From the human T2T-CHM13v2.0 reference genome, Homo sapiens, in the NCBI RefSeq assembly GCF_009914755.1, contig NC_060927.1: a stretch of DNA of 64,000 nt. The stretch is one strand, 5' to 3'. Below the pieces are notes generated by a model. The model saw only the letters and a list, made by a program, of their open reading frames with translations. It ran no database searches and was not told the DNA's origin. Position numbers and translations under genes: made by a program. Positions 37,946-51,137 of this stretch are shown in pieces. How positions within the stretch are numbered: position 1 is the first letter of the stretch; every line of letters starts with the position of its first letter.

Positions 37946-38091
37946 TCGCTACAGAAAAAGATTTAAGGAGTTTGAAGCAATATAATCAGTGAATTTTAAT
38001 AGAAAAGACTCACGAAATGCAACACTCTACCCTACTTTGTTAAGGTCAACAGATGCTCAGATTGCCTTTATAATGCAATAATATGTTTAAT

Positions 38092-38374
38092 ATTTTTTTC
38101 TTATTTTTTTAGACAGAGTCTTGCTGTGTCACCCAGGCTGGAGTGCAGTGGCATGATCTTGACTCACTGCAACCTCTGCCTCCCAGGTTCAAGCCTTCTG
38201 AGTAGCTGGAATTACAGGCATGCACCACCACATCCAGCTAATTTTTGTATTTTTAGTAGAGATGGGGTTTCGCCATATGGGCCAGGCTGGTCTTGAACTC
38301 CTGGCCTCAAGTGATCCACCTGCCTAGGTCTCCCAAAGTGCTGAAATTACAGGCATGAGCCATCGTGCTTGGCC
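38092..38374 (-). mobile_element. AluS (Sx/Sz-like) with a small internal deletion
   Basis: Full dimer; GGTTCAAGCC joins directly to TTCTGAGTAGC (about 15 nt of consensus missing). Confidence 0.92.
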
Positions 38375-38580
38375 TTGATAATGTTTAACTCATCCCACTT
38401 TCATACCTCAAACAACCAGTAAATTAGTATACTGTTCCATTTGTCTGTATAGCACCTGGTATTCAAGCCATTTTCCTACCAGAGAAAATATTCTCCAGAG
38501 AGAATATTTTTTCTTTGCTGAAATAAAAGTTGATGGGCAGGGTCTTGCTTTTCTTTTTTTAGATCTGTATGAATTAATTT

Positions 38581-38933
38581 TGCTTTGGGCTGAATGTTTA
38601 TGTCCCCTTAAAATTCATATGTTGAACACCTAATCACCAAGGTGATTGGGCCTTGGGAAGTAATTCAATTATGAGAAGGAAGCCCTAGTAAATGAGATTG
38701 GTGAACTTAGAAAGGGCACCCCATAGAGTGCCTTTCTTCTTCTACCATGAGAGAATACAGTGGAGAAGGCACCGTCTATGAACCAGAAAGTAGGCCCTCA
38801 CCAGACACTGAACCTGCTAGTGCTTTGATCTTGGATTTCCCAACCTTCAGAACTGTGAGAAGTAAATTTCTATTATTTGTAAGCTAACCAGGCTATGGTG
38901 TTTATATTACAGTAGCCTGAACAGGCTAAGACA
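38581..38933 (+). mobile_element. MLT1A-like solo LTR
   Basis: TGCT..GG.CTGAATGTTTATGTCCCC...GGCCCTCACCAGACAC...CTAAGACA. Confidence 0.85.
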
Positions 38934-39260
38934 GATGTACTCTCAGTCCCTGGGGAAGTACAAGTTGTCCTCTTTCCCCATTTCTTTCCTGTGTATGCAC
39001 TAGCCTTAGCTCTGCTCTTCTTTACATAATAATATTACAAAATAATTTCATTTACAGAATAATATCATTTTTGTTGTCAATATCAATTATTTTTTATACA
39101 AGGAATTAAAAACCTTGGGTAACATTTTTCTAGAGTCTTACTTTCTCTTGGTTATGACTTTTTCACCCATTTACACGTGTGACACATATATCACATGTGT
39201 AAATACGATGCATTTGCACACTGTTGCAAATAGCCAAAATATTCCATAATAAGATAATTT

Positions 39261-39548
39261 GCCTGGGCTTAGTGGCTCATGCCTGTAATCCTAGATTTTT
39301 GGGAGGCTGAAGAAGGTGGGAGGACTGCTTGAACACAGGAGTTCAAGACCAGCCTCGGCAATACGGTGAGACCCTGTCTCTACAAAAAATAAAAAATAAA
39401 ATAGCCTGGTGTGGTAATACATACCTATCATCCTAGCTACTCAGGAGACTGAGGCAGAAGGATGGCTTGAGCCTGGGAGGTTGAGGCTGCAGTGAGTCAC
39501 GTTCATGCCACTGCGCTCCAGCCTGGGTGACAGAGTGAGACTCTGTCT
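39261..39548 (+). mobile_element. AluJ
   Basis: GGAGGACTGCTTGA, GTGAGACCCTGTCTCTACAAAAAAT, GTTGAGGCTGCAGTGAG; tail decayed to a GA-rich tract. Confidence 0.9.
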
Positions 39549-40599
39549 GGGGCGGAGGAGGGTGGAGGAAAGAAAGAAAGTGAGAAGAAAAGCTTTATAT
39601 AGCAGAGTTGTCTCCATGTTTTCTGAACACTGTGCATCCCAGTCTAAATCAGTAATCATATTGTAAAGTTCCTCAGGACCTGACTCTGTTTCTTAAGCAG
39701 AAAATAAATGTATTGACATATAAAGGGTAGCTCAGAAAATTAAAGAAATATTTGAAGAACAGTTGTGGGGCTGGACAAATATAAGAGCACTTCAGGCATC
39801 TAGGGAATAGAACATTATTATTAAATTATGTAACACACTCTCTATGGGATAAATCAGCTAAAATGATCTTCAGTATTTAATTACTCCACTCCAGGTTAGA
39901 TCCTATAGGAAGTGCAACTGGACAAACATGAATCACTTGCCCACCTACTTTCTAGGAAAGCACAGAATCTCATGATGGATAATTTTGCTAAATGGTCCAT
40001 CTATCAAAGTGAAATTGGGAGCTTTTACCAGAATACAGGAAAAGTAGATTGGCAAAAGCAACAGATTTCTATTACAACTGTTAACAATTTTAAAATAGTT
40101 TCGTTACAAAGCTGTTGAATCCACAACACAGCTGCAATCTTAGATCAATATTTTCAGTGTCACTCCCCCACCTTTAAAAAATCTGAATATGACATCAATT
40201 CATACTTTAGACAGTTAATTAGATTAAGACCACTACTTTATTGTGGCAGAAAAATAAAGTTTAATCTGAGATTTTAGACGTCTTCAAAATTAGAACAGGG
40301 AGGTTTGGTTGATCTTTGAAGAATTCATTCCTAAGGTAAGTGAAAAATAACATCTCAATACAAATAAATGTATCCATGAATGAAAGGTTAGCATGTACTC
40401 AGTATCTCAACCCTTTGTTGGAATGTGAGGAAGGCTACATCCTTACAGATCTGACGTTCTGAGACTCTCAGGGCACAGGAACTGATAATACTAAGGCATA
40501 TCAGGCCTTCTTGCTCAGTGCATCTGGGGAGGCTATTGTAGTTCTAAGGTTATAAACATGCAAACATATACTGTCTTCTTCAAAGCTGCCTCCCCCTTG

Positions 40600-40775
40600 T
40601 CTCTCTTATTGGCAGCAGAAAGTAGAGCAGAGCTACAAATCATGCACAGCAATCTGGAGATACGGCAGGGCAGCCTCGTGTCGGAGTCGTAAATCTGACA
40701 CCCTGGCCAATCAGTGCCGGCCTCATTTTATTCACGGCATGTTCATCGTGCAGGCAATAGGAGCGGGAGGCTGCT
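40600..40775. promoter_or_regulatory. Candidate enhancer/promoter-like element
   Basis: 8 CpGs in 40663-40765, GGCCAATCAG (NF-Y consensus) 40705-40714, GTCGTAAA 40686-40693; no recognisable TE. Confidence 0.4.
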
Positions 40776-41536
40776 TTCTGTCCTTGGCTTCTAACCACAT
40801 GGTTGCATCCTGGTGTGTTTTTCTATTTGTGTATATTTGAGAGAACAATAAGTTATGTTTATGCTTTCCTTTCAAGAAGGAGAGTCTATATTTTTCATCC
40901 TTGGACTTAATCAGAGCCTAATTTTTGTAAAAAATTCATTTACTTGAAGTACAAAGCTATTGTGTGTTGCACTTGGGGTTTCTTTTTGTGTTGTTTTGAT
41001 AAAGAAGGATTCCAAGGCCAAAGTTTCCCAGTGTCATTTTAAGTAAGACCTGCAAAATATTCAGGGTCTTAGGTGAAAAAAAAAATACCGAGTAGAAAAA
41101 GTACTCTTCCTTACCATATGACCACTTTCAGCCTTGCTAGGTGGAAGGAAGTGGCTCTGTCAAGTCCATATTCCAGCAGGGCTCAAAATTTACATCCCTT
41201 TGCATATTTCCATTAAAAATAATATAAGCTTCCAATTCAAATGTATAATTTTGCATAATCATTGCTTCCCATCTTCTCTTTGGGTCGGCTAAAATAAAAG
41301 GGAGGAGAAAGCATAGTTTACAGAAAGTAAGCTTTAAATGGTTGAGCCATTTAAAATCACCATTTTTGTTAGTAAAATATAGTTCAACACTGAGTATTTT
41401 GTATGTTTCAAAGTAATATAAAATTATTCTATACTAACAATGAAAATTAGAGAATAATTATGACTGAATGGGAACTAAAAACTAGATGGGAATAGGTAAA
41501 TGGATAAACAAGTGTGAAGAAAGCTACACATCTCAA

Positions 41537-41829
41537 GGTTGGTCTTGGTGGTCATGACTGTAATCCCAGCACTTTGGGAGGCTGAGGCGGGTGGATCACT
41601 TGAGGCCAGGAGTTGGAGACCAGCCTGGCCAACATAGTTAAACCCCATGTCTACTAAAAATACAAAAAAATTAGCTGGGTTCGGGAGTGCACAACTGTAT
41701 TCCCAGCTATTCAGGAGGCTGAGGCATAAGAATTGCTTGAACCTAGGAGGCAGAGGTTGCAGTGAGCTGAGATCACACCACTGCACTCCAGCCTGGATAT
41801 CAGAGTGAGAACCTGTCTCCAAAAAAAGA
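41537..41829 (+). mobile_element. Alu (Sz/Jb-like)
   Basis: GGATCACTTGAGGCCAGGAG; degenerate 19-bp TSD 41517-41535 / 41830-41848. Confidence 0.9.
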
Positions 41830-42132
41830 AAGAAAGTTACATATCCCAGAATATGGGAGCTTGGAAGGATTTTGGAATGAGTTTGTTTAATGGGTCTCTG
41901 AAGGCTATGGAGTCAAAGACAGTAAGCCAATTAGAGGGCACTGGGCAAACAGGCCCCAAATAGTAATCATATAGAACTAAGCCAAGTAGCAATCCTATAC
42001 CCACTCTTAGACTATAGGCATTTGTTATCCTCAAGGGAAACTCCAAATTGGGTTCTTCTGCAAAGCAATAAACAGTTTGAGGAAAGTTAAGTTCCGAGTG
42101 TGGGTGTTGGTTCTAACAGTAAGATCATGGTC

Positions 42133-42544
42133 TGCTACAATTTGGATGTTTTTATCCCCTCCAAATCTCATGGTGAAATTTAATCTTCAATACAGCAGTG
42201 TTGGGAGGTGAGACCTAATGGGTAATGTCTAGGTCATAGGGCTCCGTGTTAATGAATGGATTATTATTTTTATTTTTATAATGGCAATACCACTAAAAAA
42301 TAACTTTCAGGAGTGGATTCTTTCTCTTCCACTTTCTGCCACATGAGGATACAATGTTAATCTCTGTTTGTTCTTGCACCTTCTTCCACGTGAGGATGCA
42401 GCAAAAAGCCCTCATTGGACACCAGATGCAGGTGCCTTGATCTTGGACTTGCCAGCCTCCAGAGCTGTGAGAAACAAATTTATGTTCTTTATAAATTACC
42501 CACTCTGTTATTTTTGTTACAGCAGTACAAAATGCACTAGGATA
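42133..42544 (+). mobile_element. MST(B/D)-like MaLR solo LTR
   Basis: TGCTACAATTTGGATGTT..CCCCTCCAAATCTCATG...CTTGGACTT.CCAGCCTCCAGA...ATAAATTACCCA. Confidence 0.85.
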
Positions 42545-42949
42545 TAGTCATTCTGCCATTTGGTGGAAAGTGTAATAGCTGGTTAGCTAACAGGTCCAGG
42601 TCAGACCTCATAAAACACCATGTACACAGCCTGGTCAAATGTCCAACTTAGTAAAGAAAATCAAATAGAAACTGTACTACTGATTAAAGCAACAAAGAAA
42701 GTACCTAACATTCTTATTTCTTACAGTTAAGCTGTGCTTATGAAAAGATCTAGCAGTATCAAGAAACTCAGATATAAGTCTACTCTAAAAGAAAACAAAT
42801 AACTCTGCACACAAGTGAGAACTTAGTAAAATCCAGTCTATAATTAAAAATTTGAGAAAGTATTGCATTCCTAAAATAGAAAAAGTTTGGTATGTAAAAA
42901 AAAAATCAGATAGCAACAAAACTGTCCCAGTTTAAAATACTAAGGGATA

Positions 42950-44650
42950 AATTTTTAAAGAATGGGGAAAAGATAAAAATACAAATAAAAATATAAGATG
43001 TAAAGGACTGACAAAGGAGGTCCCTGAGTAATAAGAATCATATATCAAAAAAAAGCCAACTGTCAAATAAATTATGAAAGAAAATTTCCTAGAGCTGAAA
43101 ACAGGTATTAAAATTTAGATTCAAAGGGCTTTAAAGGCCCAGAAACATACATTTTTTAAAAAGTCAATCATCCTTAATCATATCTTTATGAAGTTTTAGA
43201 ACTGCAACTTTTTGAAGGAAAATTATTCTCAACTTAGAATTCTATAATAGTCAGACTACAAATCAAATGTAAATCTTAAAAAATGTGCAATACGTAGAAT
43301 AACATTGGGCCTTTGTTTTAACAAAACCATTCTTTAAAAGTTACTTCAGAGCTTGGCTTGGTAGCACACTCCTGTAATCCCAGCTACTCAGGAGGCTGAG
43401 GCAGGAAGATTGCTTGAGCCCAGGAGTTCCAGGTGGCAGTGAGCTATGATCACATCTGTGAATGGTCACAGCACTCCAGCCTGGGAGATAAAGCAAGACT
43501 ACATCTCTAAAAATAAATAAAGAAAGAAAGAAATTACATCAGGATACGCTCTGGAAAAATCAAAGAGTATTTCAAGAAAAGGGGAACACACAAGGTCAGG
43601 AAACAGTGGATCCAACCATCAGAGTTATGATGAGAAGCACTGAAATGGCAGCTGAACTTGTGACCTAAATCACAACCATGTGGATTAAAACAAGAGGAAG
43701 CGATTCTTCATGAAAGAGGTTTACAGAAAACGTGAAACTACAGAATGGCTAGTAAGATCAAACATTTAGGAAAACACAAATACATAAGGCAAATCATGAC
43801 TAAAAAAAAGAGGAAAGAAAGAAAAAAACAGTTATAAATTCTTGGAAAAATGTAACATTTCACAAAAAGTCATGGTCCAATTTTGAAGCAATGTAACCTG
43901 CATGATGGTTTCAGGCAATTATGAAAGATGATTTATTTTAATGTGATGCTAAGAAAATTCTCCTGTGTGTGACACAAGAGTGCAGAAATTGGATCAGAGA
44001 CAATTAAATGCAATCTACCTATAATACTTTCTTGGACAACAAAAAATACTTATATAATTTTAAAAAGTAAAACAGACTTTAGCATTAACCCAAGGACAGT
44101 GTGTGTTAAGTCTGCTTGCAGTTGGAATATAAAGTAACAGTTAATATGCAATACCTCAACAATATAAAAGTTGAAGTGTGACTGACATAAGATAGTGTAT
44201 TTACATGGAAGAGAGAGGAGAAGGAAAGATCATGCCAAGAGAAAATACTGTGTTAATAGTCATAATGTAAATAATTAAAATTGCAGTTGAAGTATTTTAA
44301 TGTTAAAATTTTAACCAAATTATAATTCATTACAATATATTTATATGTATTATTATATATAATATAATGTATAATGTCTATTTTTATATATATAGTAGTA
44401 TTGGAGAAGAAAATTTTTAAAAGTAGTATGAGCAAATCAAATCCTTATTGTGCACACTGGGAAGAAAGTAGAAATTTTGTACAATTGACAGATCAAGAAA
44501 TAGTTGTATAATTATATTACTTAAGATTTTTAGGGTTTTTCATTCTAAACAGTGGAACACAAGTTGAAGAAGAGGGAGGCAATAAACTGTAGCTTTTTAA
44601 TAGTGAGTTTTTCTGTACAGTTTTGATTAGTTATCAGGGCCATCTATTAC
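42950..44650 (+). mobile_element. Very old L1/HAL1-like ORF1-type remnant
   Basis: GAAAATTTCCTAGAGCTGAA (ENFPEL-like) and CAACTTAGAATTCTATA motifs, A-rich plus strand. Confidence 0.45.
43350..43530 (+). mobile_element. FAM (fossil Alu monomer)
   Basis: Single monomer retaining GATCACATCTGTGAATGGTCACAGCACTCC (7SL/FAM-specific GTGAATAG segment); degenerate TSD AAGTTACTTCAG / AAATTACATCAG. Confidence 0.85.
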
Positions 44651-45484
44651 TCCAGTAAATATTGAAATAGAAAAAAAAGGATGGAATTATATGAAAAAAT
44701 AATAATGGCCTTTATTGCTTTATGGTGAGATTACAGATTTTTTAATTTACTTTTTGCATTGAAAACACTTGCAATAATGTATATATATATTTTTTTGATG
44801 ATAAGAAATTCAGAAGTATCCACAAATAATTTTTTTAAATAATATTTCATTGTCTACAATGTGTTGTGTAATTTGACAGAAATTTTTATGCTTTTTATCT
44901 ATTCTGTGAAATGATTTATCCATTTGCGTTCCCACATGAATAAACTGAGGCTCACTGAAACTTTTTAACTAACACAGGTTCACATAAAAATATGCCATTG
45001 CTTCAAGCCTAACTTTTGGCTTCTCAAAATAGCTCACCACACTCTATCTCCAAAAGCTTATGACATGTGTAGGGATGTGACTAGTAATCTTACAAAATAG
45101 GGACCTGAAAGATTTACTGCAATTTACCTGAATGAAAACTGATTTAACACTCACTACCCACATTAAGATGATTTTTTAAAAATAGCTGTTACCATAATTA
45201 ACCCAGATTTATAAATCATCTCTAAAAAAATCTGGCCCCATTGATCCAATCGGTTTCTGCACACTCAATTACTAAAGCTGAACATTCTAAATAGACTTGC
45301 CTGCCCCTTTGTGGTTCTGTTGTGTTGACCCTACCCTTGTTAAAAGTATGTATTCTTTATTAGACTGCTCATCTTTAAATGCCTCTCTTCAGCATTTGTT
45401 AGTTGTGTGACACTGATATTCCCATTTTGAGACCTTCATTCTTCAACTATAAAATAAAAATTTAAAAAGTACTGCAGTTGAAAA

Positions 45485-45960
45485 TGTCAGTTGTCTTCCA
45501 AACATCTATTCATCCCTTTTTCATTGCCAACAGAACCCCAATTTGAGGTCTGGAAATATGATCAGCTAAATGTATACTACATCTTTCTGGCTGCCTTAAA
45601 GCTAAGGGTTGCCATGTAACAGTTCCAACCAACAAGGTGTAAGTGGAAGTTGGCTGTGGGTTTTTGAGAAAGCTTACTCTTTCTTGATATGAACAACAAA
45701 AAAAGAAGATATGGTTTAGACTGTCCTACCTATCTCTGTTTTACTTGCTTCAAATAAGGACGCAGTGCAAAAAGCCAGGTCTGCAATATTGTGAGCATGT
45801 GGAGGTAGGTGTAGTGGAAAGGACAAGAGAATTGCAAAAGTTCTAACTTTGATATAAACAAGATGTCAGCTGCTTAACCTTTAAATTTTGTGTGACATAA
45901 GAAAAAATAATGGGTCTAAGCCAGTAGAAGTGGCCTTCTGCCATTTGTGGCCTAATTAAT
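45485..45960 (+). mobile_element. Old MaLR LTR (MLT1I/J-like)
   Basis: AACAGAACCCC...GCTAAGGGTTGCCATGTAACAGTTC...GTAAGTGGAAGT. Confidence 0.55.
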
Positions 45961-45961
45961 T

Positions 45962-46280
45962 GCTTTCTCTCTCTCTCTTTTTTTTTTTTTTTGACAGGAT
46001 TTTGCTCTATTGCCTAAGCTGGAGTGCAATGACATATGATTGCTTACTGCAGCCTCCAACTCCTGAGCTTAAGCAATCCTACCACCTAACCCTCCTAAGT
46101 AGCTGGGACTACAGGTACTTTTCACCGTGTCCGGCCAATTTTTAATTTTTTTTATTTTGTTTTTGTACAGACAATGTCTGGCTCTGTTGCCCAGGCTGAT
46201 CTTGAACTCCTGGCCTCAAGCCATCATCCTCCTTTGGCCTCCCAGGTGCTGGGTTTACAGGGTGACTCACTCCACCCAGA
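45962..46280 (-). mobile_element. AluJ
   Basis: CTGCAGCCTCCAACTCCTGAGCTTAAGCAATCC; TSD TGTGGCC(T/A)AAT(T/G)AATT at 45946-45961 and 46281-46296. Confidence 0.88.
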
Positions 46281-47956
46281 TGTGGCCAAATGAATTTCTA
46301 ATGGATTCTAATGTCTTTTTCACAGGATTAAATCAAACAATACATATAAATAATTAAGATTAGGGCCAAGTACATAGTGCATAATAATTATTGGCTACAA
46401 TGGGGTTAAAGGAGGAAATTTTAACGTGGCATAGAAATTTGCACCTTGAAATTCAGCCTTTTTATCTCATTGCTCAGGAAACAAATGTTCAGAGCATGAA
46501 ATCACTTGATCAAGATAATTCATGTGATCTTTATTTCTCTTCATAAGTTACTATTATGAAATGTGCTATTTATTAATCATCTGCTATGTAACAGGTGTTC
46601 CACAAAAGTCCGGGTATAGAGTAATGCCCTCACAAAACTTCCTTATAGTGTCACACATTCTGGGTCTAAAACTTGAATTAAACCCATTTAAGATTTAATT
46701 ACATCAAATATTAAAAAGTGTTGATACTCAGGTTTAGCTTGAATCTTAGCAGACAGGATATGGTCTAATTAAACCACTAACTACATCTGCTATTTATATC
46801 CATTAACTTTAATTTTATAGTGTAGTTCATAGAACCAAAGAAATGGCTGAGATGCCAGGCTTGGTTAGGGTAGAAACAACGGCTAATCCAATCATCCAGG
46901 TCGTAGGAGTCAGCCTAACCTCAGCATTGACACTAGACTATATCAACTCCAACTCTTGTTTTTTCTGTTCTTGAATTCTTCCACTTGACTCAGAAACTAG
47001 AAGGGGCTGGGGAACGGGATGGATTGTTCTAATTTGAATGACATATTCACTCCTTGGCTAAGAGAGGTACATCACCTTGACTGACAGTCCACCATATTGC
47101 TCACAATGGGAGTGAAGTTACTCCCCAGGAGGAGATTAGTGTGCCACCTCCAAAAGAAAGTGGAATGCAGAACAATTACCTATGCAATTACTGAAACCAG
47201 AGCTCTAGCAAAAAGTATAAAATAAAAATGAGAGACTATGGAACTTAGATAACACCCTGGTTCTGAATGGGAGGGGGGTGGTAGAGCTCAAAAAGAAAAT
47301 ATTAGAACCCTAGCCAAGTCCCAGAATTACCTTAGTCAGTCCCTGTGTATCAGCCTGTGGTATTTTGTGACAGGAAAGGAAAAACAGTAACCCTGCCTTC
47401 TTACTCTTTTTGGTATACCTTACCAATTCTCTTTTATATTCCAAGAAGTTCTTGCCTGAAATATGTAACAGTTAAGTGTTGTTTTTCTCCTTGCTTATAT
47501 TGACTTTGTGAAAAGAGCTTATGAAATGTAGTGTTGCTCAGTCTTAGAAAACTAGGCCAGGTATCCAATTAGCATATCTCTCTTGCTCACAGGACTATCA
47601 GGATGATTAAGGAGTGTTCCTTCTAGCAGAGAAAAAGGTCTTCTGAGCTGGGAGTCAGTTTGACAGACTAGTCTTTCATTGACCCCCTTCAGCTCTCCTT
47701 TATTTTACCCTTGATTTTTAAGGAGGGTGCTTTTACTGTTCTTTATATCACTCTTGCTGTCATTGTTACTGCAGTTGAGAATGCTTTGATTCCCCCTCTG
47801 TGTTTAAATTCTTTATCTTCTTCTATTTCACACATTCAATGTTGTAGCCAATTGCCAATTCTGTTTGGGCAATTCAATGATGCATAACACTTTTAAGCAG
47901 AGTATAACTGAAAGGGCAAACTTTTGTAAAAGATTATTATTAAAGATAAACACTTT

Positions 47957-47996
47957 GGATGGATGGATGGATGGTTGGATGGATGGATAGATGGAT
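47957..47996. repeat. (GGAT)n microsatellite
   Basis: Directly visible. Confidence 0.95.
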
Positions 47997-50079
47997 GCCA
48001 CAGGTTCTGTATACTGTGCAGAACCCCTTATGCTCATTTCTCATTTCTGAGTGTCTTTTCTCCTGTTTCAGTGTGTCATTGATCTCAATCAGCTGTACCT
48101 CAAAGTCATATTTGGCACACTCTCCTAGGGCAACTGGGACACTTCCCATAGTCATGGGCAACCAGAAGTGCTTGGGAGTTTACATCAGTCTCTCACCTTG
48201 AGGACTTCAATCAGTGGCTGTATGTTGTGGAAGTATAAAGTCCCAGGATCTGATGAGATCAGAATGAAGCTACATTTAATAGGGCTTGGCCTGAAATCAT
48301 ACCCTTGCTTGGCTTCTTCCCCTTCAGTGTCATGTGCAAAATCCCAAGAAAAGAACTAGTTAATTTGTCTAAGAACCTCAGAAAACACTGGCACAGATAG
48401 TGAAGAAGAGGAAAAGTAGTATAAGATGAAGTTGGAAAGAGACTTAAGAGTCAGATCATGCCAAGACTTATAAGGAGTCTGAGTATTATTCAAAGCATCG
48501 CAGTTCACATCTACTAGCCTTTTCTCCTTCATAGGAAAAACTGCAATCAAGAATGGTAGCCACAATGGGTAGCTGCCATGGTAGTGAGGACAAGTAGCCA
48601 ATATTTACGGTATTGTCATTGCTGGTAAAGGAAGCATAGGGTATACAACTAATTTTCTAATGCAATTGTTGCAATTGTTAGCCAGGTTGTACCAAAGGAA
48701 TCTTCCTATTCTTCATCACAAAATAATTATCCTTAAAAAGAGCTTGGAATCAAGAATCCAGAGATATAGTGCTAATATTCAAGAGTTTTCACATTATGCT
48801 AAATTTAGCCAAATGTTGCAAAATCATGGTTAAGTTGACATAGGCCCCTGTCTAAGCTGCAACTCTTGGTTGAACACATCAATAATGGTGTTTAAGCATC
48901 CCAAATTCGACTGATGGCAGAGAAGCCAAATTGATCATTTTGATGTAAAATGACCTTCATTTGCTTCTGTTATGGTTCTGTTCTCTAGGGAAGAACAAAT
49001 AATTTCTAACCTATGCTTAGCTAGGATGTGACACTTTATTATCAATTTATTGATAAGGATTATGGTGTACTATAGATTATTATTTATTTATCTTATGTTA
49101 GTTTATCACCACTTATAATCTGCTAACTTTTCTAAAAAGTATCAATAGAATTAGTTTTATTTTTTCATTGCATTAAGAAGCACATTTTTAAATAATCTGA
49201 AATTGTTTTTACATAAACATAATTTATCTAAGATTTAGATTTTAATAACACTACATTTTGTTAGTGCAGACTTGGCCTCCATGCTTACTAAAACATAGGT
49301 AGTTTAATTAGCTGATCACAATATGGAATATGACTATTAGACGAGAATATGTTTTAAAATTTGTTTTAATATCCTGTAAGAGAAGGCAAATCAACAAGCA
49401 TGTGGAGAGAAACTCTTTTCTTGATCTACTTACTTTTAAATATATTTTGGCACATAGGACCATTATTCACAGGATCCAATTTATTTCAACTTACAACTTA
49501 TTAGTAATAATAATATATGTAGCTTTATATCTTTATGTGAAAATCCCAACTATGACTTAAGTGTGAGTGTCATATCCTGCAATTTCACAGATACTTAGAA
49601 GTGATAGATGAAAATCATATATATTCTTCTTGTTTACTGAAGATATTTAACACCAGAAAAAGATTAAGGAAAAAGAAACACTCTCCATATGTATTCATAC
49701 ATTTTTAATGAGAAAAAAAGAAATAAGCTCTGTCAAAGTGCTATTTGTAGCTATTTCCAAATTTAATTTTATGTTTTAAAAAGTTTTTGAAGTCCCACCT
49801 AAGATAACATCTGTGAGGCCAGAAATAAATAAAATCCAAGTGTATTTAAAAGAAACTAAGGATTAAAAGGTGAGCAGAACCTGAAGTGGATAAAAATTTG
49901 TCTTTTCAATTTACTTGGTGTTCATTTTGGGAAATTAGCCTCGTGACCCCCAGCCTAAATGACATCATCCAGTGAGGTTGCTAAATCAGTGTGATAAGAC
50001 CCCTGGAATTGAGGAAGTTTCAAGAAAGGATGCTGAAAATCTACCATACATTGAGTTACTGTAGATTAATGGTTCATGG

Positions 50080-50225
50080 CATTATCTTATTTACTCCTAA
50101 GAACAACTGTATACATTAGATATTATTATCTTCATTTTATAGAAGAGACACCAAGTGTTGGAGAGGCTAATGACTTAACATAGCTATTAATCAGCAGAGG
50201 TACATTTAAAATCTGAATCCAAATC
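50080..50225 (-). mobile_element. MIR SINE fragment
   Basis: ATTATCTTATTTACTCCT...TATTATTATCTTCATTTTATAGAAGAG. Confidence 0.6.
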
Positions 50226-50733
50226 CAGAAATCACAAAGCTAGCATATCCCCTCTAGTACCAGCCTGGTAATTGTGATTTATGTGCTTAATAAGAAATCA
50301 GATCTGTTTTCATGAACACTATGTTTAATAAATCATCTTATTGAATCAGAGGTCCTAACTGTCTAGCCTGAACTAACCAACTGGGTTCTAGTAATCAAGC
50401 AATTAAAGACAACAGTTTGGAATTGTAGGTGACATAAGGCAGGTAAATAAGAAGGAATCATTCCTGGTTTTGCATAGCCACATACAGAGCACAGTGCCTA
50501 GAGCAGAGCATTGCAGATCCATTGAATCTGCTTTTAAGATCCATCTAGTGTGCCTAGAAAAGAAACAGGAAAGAAATCACAAACTGTTAACAGATAGAAT
50601 AATTTACTAAAAATGTCATACTGCCTGTCACTGGTTTATTATAAGTAGCATAATTCAAATGAAACCTACATGGGCTCCAAAATGTTACACCTAGAATACA
50701 GCAAGATTTGACCATGACTACCCTAAATGATAT

Positions 50734-51137
50734 ATGATCAGTCCATTTTCCTTTGCTATAAAGGAATGCATGAGACTAGGTAATTTATAAAGAAAAGAGG
50801 TTTATTTGGCTGACAGTTCTACAGGCAGTGCAAGCATAGCACCAGCCTCTGCTCAGCTTCTGGTGAAGCCTCAGGAAGCTTTTATTCATGACAGAAGGTA
50901 AACAGGGAGCAGACATGTCACATGGGGAGAAAGAGAGGAAGAGAGAAGGCAGGCCAGGCTCTTTAAACAACCAGCTCTCACGTGAACCCGAGCTCACTCA
51001 TTACTGTAGGAAGGGCACAAGCAATTCATGAGAATCTGACCTCATGACCCAAACACCTCTCATTAGGCCCTACCTCCAACACTGGGGATCATATTTCAAC
51101 ATAAGATCTGTAGGGGACAAGCATCAAAACTAAATCA
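50734..51137 (-). mobile_element. MSTA/MSTB-like MaLR solo LTR
   Basis: GCTATAAAGGAAT...GGTAATTTATAAAGAAAAGAGGTTTA...ACCTCCAACACTGGGGATCA...ATCA. Confidence 0.9.

Noticed and set aside
40330-40345. Perfect splice donor AAG/GTAAGT
   Set aside because: No convincing paired acceptor or reading frame; expected by chance in 64 kb
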